Source: Eledone cirrhosa
Taxonomy: Eukaryota
Assembly: GCA_964016885.1 (NCBI GenBank)
Contig: OZ024740.1
Span: 320,602,001 to 320,666,000 of the forward strand
DNA: 64,000 nt
Reading direction: 5' to 3'
Shown here: positions 36,399 through 47,388 of the stretch, piece by piece
How the letters are laid out: each line of letters starts with the position of its first letter
Position numbering within the stretch: position 1 is the stretch's first letter
The notes under the pieces: model-generated
The model's input: the letters and a program-made list of their open reading frames with translations, nothing else
Told to the model about the DNA's origin: nothing
The model's database searches: none
Made by a program: the position numbers and the translations under genes

Positions 36399-38750
36399 TC
36401 GCCATTGCTTTGATCGTCCGGTGGTGTTGCTCCACAATTCCATTCCCGCTCAGCCTGTGCGCTGCTCTGAAGAAACGGTCCACCTTCCATCCATCGAACA
36501 TCTCCCTCAGCGACTCCGAGCGGAACGCTGCGCTGTTGTCCATCAGCAGTTCGTCCACAGGGCCCCGCTCCAAGAACACCTCTCTCAACGTCCGCATGAT
36601 TTCCTCGGCCGTTCCAGTCTTCATCTCCCTCCATATCGCCATCCGTCCTGGTCCACAGTCGACCATCGAGAGGTACGTTCCCTGTCGGTAGTGCGTTACA
36701 TCCACCGCCAATCGCTTCCAGTCGTGATCCACCGGGAGGCTTCCCGTTTCGTGCACACCCGGGGCGGGATCAATGGACTGACATCGGACACAGCCTCTAA
36801 CCACCCTTTGAACACTGTGTCTGTTAATGTCCGAGTCGATTCTCCTGGCTAGGAACCGGCTCCTATCCACTCCCATGTGGTGCATGTCATGCAACCCTTT
36901 CAGATCCGACTCGGTCAGCCAATACACAGCAGCTATCTCATCTTCTACCACCTCCGGCGTTTCCATCCAGGCTTTCTTCATCCTAGTTAAGACGTCCGTC
37001 CTATTTTTCTCTGTGGGCACGAAAACTACGCTCAGCCTCAGGTCAAACTCGGTGGCCAGCTCTCCTAAAGTTCCCCAGGCGCTTTATCAGTATCTCCGCC
37101 GCCCCTCTCGTTTGCAGTCTCTTCTCACTGGTGAACACTGATCTCACCCATCCGAGTACAGTAGCCGAGTCGGTGCATATCTCGATGGTGCGCAGTCCCC
37201 ACCTCAGGGCGAGGTTCACCCCTCTCAACATTGCGTCTAGTTCGGCCACATTGATGTGGTTGCAGTCGTTCTTCTTCCTAAGCCAGGCTGCATCCTTGAC
37301 CTCAAAACCTCCTATCTCCAACGTGACACCCAGCGCTATGCTGCTGGCACCGCACCATACGGTTCCGCTCTGCGATTTGGGAACATACCAGCATCCCCTC
37401 ACTAGGTCGTCGGCCTTCACCCTCCCCACGATCTCCTGCATCATGGCCACTGTCCTCTCTCCCACTCTGTCAATCCAAGTCACCCCTCCCGCTATCCTCT
37501 TGACATAGCTGCATGCCGTCCGGAGCCACCCAGCAATCGGGCAGTGACCCACCAACTTTCCACACACCGAGAAAAGCTCCCACCTACTCATACTTGGGCC
37601 CAGTTCTGGAACTTCATTTCCCCTCTGGAATACCAAGACGCCCATCCTGTCTCGCCGTAGCCTAAGTCCCAGCGTGGCTCCTCCCGCCAACGCTTCTGAC
37701 GGCTTCGCAGCCAGTCCATACCCCTGTAAATGGCTCGTGACCTCCGCCGCCGACAAAACAGACTCGTCCACTAGGATGTCATCAATGTAGGAGTTAGTGG
37801 CCCTCTTCATCTTGTCCGCCTTTCCCAGAATGGTCTTGAGGACCGCCACCATGATCTTCGGTGCGGAGCTCAGCCCGAAACCGAGCCTTGTCAGGCAATA
37901 TGTCTGGCCCTTATACCTGACCAGCTGATACTGCCAGAGCTTCTCATCTATATGCAATTCCAAGTATGCCGACTTTAGATCTACGATTGCTGAACCCCCC
38001 GTCATGCGTCTCCACTCACGCAGGGTTTCCCCACAGACATCCGTGACCTCGCCACCCATGTGGCATGAGACGTGCTCGTTCAGCTCCCGAAAGTCCAGCA
38101 CCAGCCTCACCTTGTTCTTTGTGGGTTGCGCCATCGACATTAACGGCAATACTCTGCACTTCACCTCCTCTTTCCAGGGAAGCAGTATGCCTTCCTCAAT
38201 CCATCTCTCTACCTCTCGCTCGAACTCGCTCCTAATGTTTCCCTTCAATGTGTGTTGATAGCAGCCCACTTTGGTCTTCAGTGTTGGTGGTTCTCCCTTC
38301 CAGTACCACTCAACAACTCATCGCTGCCCATCGAACACGGCCTTGAAGTCTTTATCCTGCACAGTGTAAGCGGGGTATTTCTCCTTGTGGGCCTTCTGGT
38401 TCTCCTGTCGCGTACTCACAGTGCATACCGATGCAGCACCGCCAAACGACACACCGACGTTGTTCACTGTGACGCCTCCTAGACGGCCAATTGCATCCAT
38501 GCCCATAACCACGCCGATCCCATCCACCACGTTGTCAACTACGATGGCAGAAAGCCTTATTTTCCTTCCCCGTACCGCTATCTCCACCTCACTGTGACCT
38601 CAGCATTTAATTTTCCTGCCGTCGACTGACCTTACGCTGCTCTTCCCTCTCCACCACCCCTGCGGTCACCAGTGTTGTCGTACAGCCCGTGTCCACGAGG
38701 GCTCGCTGTGGCTTTCCCCTCACGAAGACTTCCACCACGGGCAGCGCCTC
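36399..38750 (-). pseudogene. pol (protease, RT, RNase H, truncated integrase) with stops and frameshifts
   Basis: ALVDTGC near 38700; ORF 37043-38269 has VDLKSAY, FGLSSAP, YIDD; ORF 36355-37020 has AVDVTH, MDNS, GIVEQHHRTIK. Confidence 0.85.
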
Positions 38751-39512
38751 TACTCGTAAGGGGCAACTACCGGCGCAGTAGTTCCCCTTGGATCGTTTCC
38801 CTGGTCGCGGTTAGTAGCGATGTGGCCTGGTCGCTTACACCGGTAGCATATTATTTCCGGCCTTGACTCTCTACAGTCTCTAGCCATGTGCGGGCCCTGG
38901 CACCTAAAACAGTGACCTCTAAACGTTCGCGGGCGACCGCGTGCTGTGATTGCCTCCCTTTCACCATTTCGCTGCCAGCTGTCTTGAGCCTCTGTAGTTG
39001 CTATCACCGCGACACTCTTCTTGGCATCTTCTGCTATGATCCGGGCTTGTTCCATCAGTGAACACATTTCCATTTCTTTGTAGCCCAGGACTTGCTGCAG
39101 TTTCACCGCTATGTCGTCTGGAAATCCATTTATGAACGCCAACCGCACCGTGCGTTCGCATTCCACCTGATATCCAGCCAACATGGCCAATCGCCGTATT
39201 TCCGCTGCGAAAATGTCAACGCGTTCACCGTTCCATCTAATTCTTGCCAGCTTAGCAAAAGCGGCTAACGGTCCCTCTGCGAACGCTTTCATCATGCGCC
39301 TCTCAATCTTTTGCGCATCTCTTTGGCTGTGTTCATCCAACTCAAGGAAGAGTACCAACGCGTCCCCCTCGAGGTACAGTGCCATGAGGCCAGCCACATC
39401 TTCTATCTTCTGTAAGCTTGCGACCAGCCGGACTTTTCGCAGCCAAGCGACAGCCAACGCCTTCACCAGTAAATGCCCTAATCGCTTCGCTCGTTCGTAG
39501 TCTCGTCGCCAT
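38750..39512 (-). pseudogene. gag with two zinc knuckles, frameshifted near its start
   Basis: CFRCQGPHMARDC and degenerate CYRCKRPGHIATNR. The likely start MATRLRTSEAIRAFTGEG is in a different frame from the body. Confidence 0.8.
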
Positions 39513-39630
39513 ATCCTAATTTGTCTTGCGGTACATGATTTAAAAAACAACAGACTTTTCTCTGTTTTTCCAGTAGCATTTTTTTTTTTTTTTTCAATCA
39601 GATCTCAGTTTCCAGTGCCGAAATAGCTTG

Positions 39631-39898
39631 TGGTTAGAAAAAGCTATCTCACTTACCACTTTTCATAGGCGCCGCTAAATCCCATTGCTGGTTTCTCCTC
39701 TTCCACGTGCGTCCAACTCATTAACACCGGGAGCTGCCAAAACTCGCGTCCACACCGTTCCTGGTCACCACTAGAGAGAGGCCAATCTGCTGGCCCTTCC
39801 GGTTGAGCACCCTTCCGGCCAAGCACCCTTCCGATCAAGCACTCTTCCGGTCGAGCACTCCCCAGCTTCCGGCCACCGCACGCCACACCATACCCACA
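39631..39898 (-). repeat. 5' LTR
   Basis: Starts TGTGGG and ends TAACCA on the minus strand; TTAAC at 39899-39903. Confidence 0.9.
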
Positions 39899-40039
39899 TT
39901 AACCACATGCAGCTAGATGGATTACACAAAAAACACTTTTGGTACCGCAATGGGTAGAGAAAATGTTGGGCTCAGATGTGACTACCACTCCTTGACTCTA
40001 CTGAGAGCTAAGTATCTTGGCAAAGGATACAGTGCAACA

Positions 40040-40452
40040 AAATAATAATGAAAATTATTGTGTACAGTGCTCAGGTACACTACAACTCATCAAAGGTGCA
40101 TGTATAGTACAAATGTCAGGAAAGTGAACAGTGTATGAGTTATGATATACACTCAGACACACACATGCGTGCATGTGTATGGAGGAGGAATATCATGTGT
40201 AGTGTTGGCAAATTTCAGGAAGCATGGAAGTTTTGAAGGATGCAGTGTCCCGATAACTAACAACTGATGCAGCCAGTTTGTTCCATGCTTCAAAAACTCT
40301 GAGCATGAAAAGATGTTTCTGAAAGTCATGGAAGCTGTACTGTTTTCTGACTTTGTAAGTATGTCCACGGGTGTTAGACATATGGAATTCAAAAAGGTAC
40401 TCAGGATTGTTGTTGGCAAGATGGTTAATAATCTTGTGGGTGTCTACCAAGT
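40040..40452 (-). mobile_element. Older diverged CR1 3' fragment
   Basis: NTRGHTYKVRK...RVFEAWNKL...MLPEICQHYT plus a 3' UTR and ATT tail. Confidence 0.85.
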
Positions 40453-43289
40453 CAGTTGCCAGTACAAACTGCCAACTATTCTGTTGATTGTCTTTTAACC
40501 ATTATATCGATTCAATCATCTGAAACTCTTGCAGAATAAATGGAAATGTGTTAGACACAAAAGTAACATTCAGAAAAATATTTGCTTTTGTTTTTATTAT
40601 CATTGGTGAAACTACAACAAACTTAAATTCCTAAACTGGGCCTATTCATACTGAAAACAATGTTCCTGTAGGATGAGATTAGTTGGGTGAATATTAACTT
40701 GTAGCTATGTCACTTCATCTCACAAATTCACAGTTGTATCAATAGCATTACAAATTGTTCACAATTCTTTCAGAATGAAAATATAAACACATATAACAGA
40801 TACAATTAATTAATGCAATGAACCTTACAAATACAACACACCAAAATATATCATCAGAACAAGAGAAAGTAAAAGAAAAGAGGGGGGGGGGGACAAAAAC
40901 TAGTATCAATTCACCACCAAGTGTGACAATCGGTTACACATTACAAGGGTCAACAGAATAGTTTGAGGCAAGCCATTACACTTGCAGCATTACCATGGGT
41001 GATGGCGAGACTAAGTCACTGAAACAACGAGGTACCCTCATGGGCATCACCTGACACTTCAGTACTTTTTTTAGAAGAGTATGAGCATTGAACAATCTCA
41101 TTTATCCTGTTCTTAAAAAGCTTAGAATTTGTTCTAAAGCAAATTTTATGCAATATTGTGAAGGGTTTGTTGTGAGATACTGTTCCATGGTAAATATCAA
41201 ATATTTAGATCATATGTCTAAGTGAAGATACTTCTTTTCATGCCACATCGTATCTGATGGTTGGCTAATATATGGTGAAATGTTATGACATATATGTGTG
41301 TATATGTAAATATGTATGTATGCATGTATGTATACCTGTGTGTATGTATATCATTATCATTCATCAACATTTTTTTCATTCAGAGCCTCATTAACAAAAC
41401 ATTATAACAAATTCTTTCCCAGGGACCACCACATGGAGGTGAGATTGGCTTGGTCCCCAATAGCTAAATTACAACAGACAAATCTTGCCTTGTCCATGCA
41501 AATAACTGGATGATCACTGTTTTGAAACCTCTGTAAGGCCCGTTTAAGTCCTTTTGATGCCCTAAGCCCTTAAAAAGATTATGGTGTCTCTCATATATAA
41601 AGTTTGCCAAAAAAATGTTATTTTATTTTGTAATGATAAATACATCTAATTTGAATATAATGGTGTCCCTCTTGCCCTTTTCCAGCGTTCTTGAACCCTG
41701 AACCTCACTGCTATCAGAAAAGAGTTGGCTACCTGCAAGTGTGAAGTGTAGAAGCTATTCCAGGGCTTCTCCCTCGCCATCCTCCAGGGCTTTTTCCATC
41801 CTGTCACCTGGGACCACAAGGTGGACTGAGCCTTAAGTTATTGTGGTGGCATATGGAATAGATTTACTATAAGAATGAATATTTTGAGAAACAAACAAGT
41901 ATCAATTCAGATTTATATTTTACCAATATTTTAAACAACAAATATCTAGTAAAATAAAGTATATACTGGTAGACCATATGATTATTTTTCTGAATGAGTT
42001 ATCCATCATCTGAACATCAGCATAATTATAATTTGCTTTCCTTGGCACCAGTAAATCTCTTTAGATCCAACCAGAAACAGAAACTAAGTGTTTATTAACC
42101 CCATCGCAGCTTGTCCACAACTTAGTGAACTAGCACTGTTAAATCTAGGGTCCTACTCAATAACTAAAAACAAAAACTAAAGTAGATTATTTATTAGTCA
42201 ACTGTAGGGCTGGATTAACCATTAACGAAAATAAGCACCTTCTTATGGCATCAAGGGAAGAATGGCACCATTTTATTCAAATGTATATGTCCCTCCCATT
42301 AGCCATACCATCTGTCTCAGATGTCATCAACTGGCAGATTATGTCATGAGAAGCAGCGAATCTGCTACAAAACTTTTACTACGGGAGACCACTAACATGA
42401 AATGCAAACAAGGAAGACCTCTCAAGACATTAAAGAGAGTTATTGAGGAAGATACAGAATTATCTGGTGAAGAACTGAGGTAGATAATGCTTGATCGTGT
42501 GAGATGGAAATGTTTTATCAATATATGAAATTTAAGGGATAGTCCACCTTGTGGTCTCAGCTGAAAGGATGGAGAAAATATTGCCCTAGAGGATGTCTAA
42601 GGAGAAGTGCTGGAACAGCCGTTCCACCTTGCTGGGCTTACACTTGCAGGTATCTAACTCCTCCCTGATAGCAGTGAGCAGGGATGAATGCTGGATGGAT
42701 TTAGTAGATGTAGTAGTAGCAGCAGTATTTGTTTTACAAAATAAACATTTTTTGTGGACTTTATAATAATCTTCTATGTGCTTAGGGCCTGAAAAGGACT
42801 TCATCTAGCCATGGTCAGCTGATTAATACTTTAACCATTTTTTAAATAGAGTTTTGTTTATTAGTAGGGGGTATTAAGATCATTTTGTTTTACAATTTAA
42901 TAAAAAATGTGGGTCAGTGACCCAACATCTAAAGTTCAATTTTTGTTGAAAAAAATATGGACAGCCAAGCGTCCTCATGAGCATCACCAGTTACTATGGT
43001 TAGGCGAACCACCAGTGATGACAAGGACTTCGCAGTCAGCGGCCCAACTCCCCCAAACGTCTTGAATACCACAAATTGGAAAAGGTAGTTAATGATTGTA
43101 GTGAAACTGAAAGTAGGATTGTTTTGTTAGCTATTATAGCTATAAACTGAAGTTTATATAGCTGTATATATAAAGGGTGGACCAAAAGTCACTAGACCAT
43201 TTTAAAATATAACTTTTTTACAATTAATTTTTCATATATATTTTGTTACTATACTTTTTAAATACCGACAATTATCAACAAATTATTTC

Positions 43290-43480
43290 TCCTGTCTGTG
43301 ACGTTGGGCGGAGCTGGGTCGCTGACTACTAAGTTCTTGTCATCTTTGGAGGCTCGCCTTACGGAGGTATCAGGTAATACCTGTGAGGGTGCTTGGTTGT
43401 TCCAACGTCTTAGCCTCGCTATCAGCCACGGTTATACTGCCAGTATGTTGGCTTGCCTCAAAAAAGTATTAGAGGAAGGC
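43290..43480 (+). mobile_element. C-terminal fragment of an RLE-type (CRE-like) non-LTR element; related pieces at 46330-46510 (-), ~42586-42690 (-), ~41690-41790 (+), ~43020-43090 (-)
   Basis: TLGGAGS...WLFQRLSLAISHGYTASML and ETSGVLGP...WLFQRTSLTICWGN resemble the CRE-type terminal motif (ET.G..G...QR.S.AI.RGN). Confidence 0.6.
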
Positions 43481-44939
43481 TCCAGCATTCCTTGTGGTGT
43501 GACCGATTAACACTTAGTATTGAATTAATATTTTATTTCGTTTTGATTCTATATTTTCATGTGAAATATATATGTAATTTAAGTAATAGTGTGTGTAATT
43601 TATGTAATAGTATGTGTATGTGTTGATTTTTGACAGCTATGGTATTTGTGTTTGCGATTTCAAACTATATATAATTGTTTCTACTTTTGGCACTAGGCCA
43701 GCAATCATCCAGTGCATTACTGGTACTTTATTTTATCGACCCCGTAAGGATGAAAGGCAAAGTTAACCTGGACGGGATTTGAACTCTGACCGTAAAGGGG
43801 CGTAACTATGCTAGAGAGCATGGCGTCCGACCTTGTACCGATACTGATAATGTCATATTTGATTGGGAAAGCAAAATGTGAACTTTGCTATTATTTAATT
43901 TCGTTTAAAAAAAGTTAATCTCAACGGTGGATATCTGCCTCAAATAAATAATTCATTTCAGTTTCAATGTATTTTGCAAAATAAACGAGATTTATTATCG
44001 TCTTGGCAAGGAAACGAATTGACACAAGTTACACCACCTTTTAAGGGGAGAGTAGTAATTTATTTGTATTGTTGAGATATAACCGTTGCTGGGAGAGTAC
44101 CGCGGTTATTTTATTTAAATGGGGTTTACCAATTTGTACAGTTATATTTTGTTGAGAGATATAGACACTTTTCTAAAGGATTTATATGAAGTTTTACTGG
44201 TATTTATATATATAATTATTTTTGTATCTATGTATGTCTTTTTAGTAGATATTGTTATTTCTACATTAACGGAATGTTTACTTATTAAACAACATAGCTG
44301 TCAGTTATATCGGTCAATCTTTTTTGATTTCTTTAAGTTTTTAAAAACTTTCTTTTTTTAATTTGTTTATTATTATCTAAAACTATACCATTACGAGATA
44401 TGGTTTGTAAAAATTTACCCAAAATATGTCACAATCTAACAATATTTATTTATTCAATTTCTGTCCAAATTTTGCTGAAGAATTTGTACAATCGCTTTTG
44501 TCAACAAGTGCATTGTTGATAAATATTTCATTGGTGAACGGAAATAAAATCACTAGAAAAGTCACATTTCGTTTAAATAACATAAATAATAGAGTAATTA
44601 AAGTGATATTTTAAGTTATTTACGAACAACAGATGTTTGGGACGAATCTAGATGCGTTCGCAGTTTACCTTTTAACCGTGCTAAATTTCTACTGTAAGCT
44701 GTCTAGTTGAACAAATAACAAGATTTATTCACTAAAAACCTACTTAATTCGCTTTCTTAGCCTTGAACATTTCCTAGTACTGCGTTGTCAGTCCACAAAC
44801 CTCCAGATTTATTTTAGACTCCTCAATAGAATTTTCCAGATCACTGTTGTCAATTTACAAGAATGGTTTGTTGTATATGTTCTAACTCTGTGCGTTCTGT
44901 TTAAATCTATCCTCATGACATCGGAAAAAAACCCAAACA

Positions 44940-45090
44940 ACGAAAGGTGTGACACTTCTGCCGGAAGTTGCAACCGATAAAGTTTCGACGACAAAAGCTT
45001 GCAACAAATAAAACTTCCCGTGTGCTTTGGTGGCCTCGTTATCCAGGTCCTCTGAAAAGCGTTGAAACCCAATATAGACCGGTAACTCTA
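44940..45090 (+). promoter_or_regulatory. Putative promoter and non-coding first exon of the CENP-T-like gene
   Basis: CpG-richer patch with an ETS-type CCGGAAGT motif (~44961) and a possible donor GTAACT at 45082. The first coding exon is preceded by an acceptor AG at 47361-47362. Confidence 0.35.
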
Positions 45091-45953
45091 ATGACCTCTG
45101 GTCGTTTGGGTTGACAAATGGCATCATTTCCTCCCAGTATTCAAAATATCATCACAACTGGGATGATATCAAATGCAGTTCAACCTGCATGAGGATCGAA
45201 TCTCAACTACCATAGCAATATTGTCAGGTGCTACAAAGGCAAAGAAGATACGCTACAGAGGTTTCAAGTTGATAGACTAGATCATGGAGGTTACTGGAAG
45301 ATTTTAGCACAACTGATGAGGGACAAAATGAAGCTAGATGAGATGCAGAAATATTTAGCTAAGAGTAAGCCTTTGTATCTATCATGCATAGATCAGGAGA
45401 AGACCTTTCATAGGGTTCCGCACTCTGTAATATAGTAATAAGAAGTAATGTATAGATGAATAGCTTTTAAAAGCTATGTATAGAGGTGCAATGAATCTAA
45501 AGTCTGTTTTAAGACAGAAGGCTCGTTACGTCAGTGCTTATGTTGGTTCCGTGGCGTGAAGTGACTGAGAGTACAAGACTTCCCCCTAGACATGATGCCA
45601 GTCCATTGCAGGGTTAAGCCCCCAGCTATTGTTGGTACTCATTTTCAACTGAGTATACTGGAGCAACGTGAAATGAAGTGTTTTGCTCAAGAACACAACC
45701 CAGCCGAGGAATAGAACCCACAACATGATCCTAAGTCCAAAACCCTTACCACTAGGCCTCACACATCTACTGTTGGCAATGAATACAGTGATAGATTCAG
45801 TGAGCAGGTGAGGGTAGTGTCCAGCTGTAGAAACTCTGCTAAAATGTAATGTTTGAGCTGAACATCATCATCTGGTATGTCTGACCTCAGAGCATGAGGG
45901 CTTGTCTTGACTACGCAGGTATAGTAAGTCCATGTAGGGCGATAATAGTGGGC

Positions 45954-46028
<75 letters not shown>

Positions 46029-46769
46029 ATAATTGGAGTGTCTGCAGTGCTGCCTGATATATAATCTTTAGTTGGATTAAGGAAACCAGGACTTCTTCAG
46101 CCATACATTAAGAGCATGAACTGTACAGATGACTCATTAGTTATAGTTGTTAGATTCTGTAACCTCAATGACCTGGTTGGTACTGAAGGTGGCCATAGTG
46201 AAAGTATGGTAATTTAGCTGAATCTGTTTCTCTCAACTTTCTTTGTCTTATCAAGTGCGTGTGTGCATTGATGTTTTCTCTCTTTCACTCACTGCCTCCG
46301 TCTCTCTCAAATAGGAGCCCACACACTGGCTGCTCTGCAGTCTTCACGAACAGAATAGAGAAAGTGTTTCCCCAGCAAATGGTGAGGGAGGTGCGTTGGA
46401 AGAGCCATTCCAGCTCACAAGGCTCACACCTGAGAGTAGCCAACTCTATATCGATGGTGGTGAGTAGGGAGGTAGTCCTAGGGCCAAGCACACCAGAAGT
46501 CTCCATTGTATGGTAATTAAAGAAAGTTCAAGAAGCTGTTAACCTCTTGACACTTCAGGACTGCATGAAGCATGTTTAAGGAGCACGATTGTGATAAATG
46601 GCCATTATATTTGGAATATTTATGGCTATTAGAAAGAAATTAAGTAAGTATGGTCCATTGGATGTGTAATATTAATCTCCATGAATGGTAGGACATAATG
46701 GGTAGAAAGTTGAGGTTGGTATTAAAAGTATTAGCCATTATATGCAAGAGAAACTACTGCTTATATATA

Positions 46770-47076
46770 CTCTTGGGTCTCGAATACCCCCCCCCCCCCT
46801 GCTTATTAAATTTTGCTAATTTATCTCTGGCAAAATTTTATTTTAAGTGGTAGCATTCCTGTGACAATTTTCTTTATACATTAAAAGTCATTATATATAT
46901 GACAAAAAAAGTACATTCCTAGAAATCCCATGCGTTATAAAATAAATAGGATGTGTTGGGATCGGTCTCAATATGTAAACTAAACGACTAATTCTGGCTT
47001 TTAGAAAAAAATCAACGGAGACAACCAAGAAAAATTACCTATTCCACCCCACCCCCTATTATTTGTGACCCGAGAG
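46770..47076. mobile_element. Tc1/mariner-type MITE; partial second copy at ~56975-57276
   Basis: TA flanks; TIR CTCTTGGGTC / GACCCGAGAG; homologous interiors. Confidence 0.7.
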
Positions 47077-47388
47077 TACATACAAATTTAATGTGACTAG
47101 ACATTAGAAGAAACAAGAGGGTGTCAATAGCCCACAAGTTGACAAACATGGAAAAATAAACAATAAAATGCTAATGTTGATATGTCAAATAGGCAAAGAA
47201 GGGCAAATTCAAGAAACTGGCTTATGTAAATGTTTAATAACAATATAAATTATGATTACCTTTTTTTTTCTGAAATATTTTTGGTAAAGTTCACTAAACA
47301 ATCAACTTAGCGGTAGACATTTTTTGTGTATATAACATTTTAGTTTTATTTTCTTTCTGTAGAATCCTTAAAAAGTATATAATTAAAC

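Larger units (their letters stand above)
35793..39898 (-). mobile_element. LTR retrotransposon with Ty3/gypsy domain order (gag-PR-RT-RH-IN), decayed and rearranged at its 3' end
   Basis: 268-bp LTRs (TG...CA) at 35793-36060 and 39631-39898; 5-bp TSD TTAAC; gag zinc knuckles, protease LVDTG, RT YIDD, RNase H, integrase HHCC plus D,D,E. Confidence 0.9.

Noticed and set aside
36355-37020. Functional integrase-CR1 fusion protein
   Set aside because: Only about 13 CR1 residues are added to a truncated integrase that is disconnected from pol; it is a rearrangement product.
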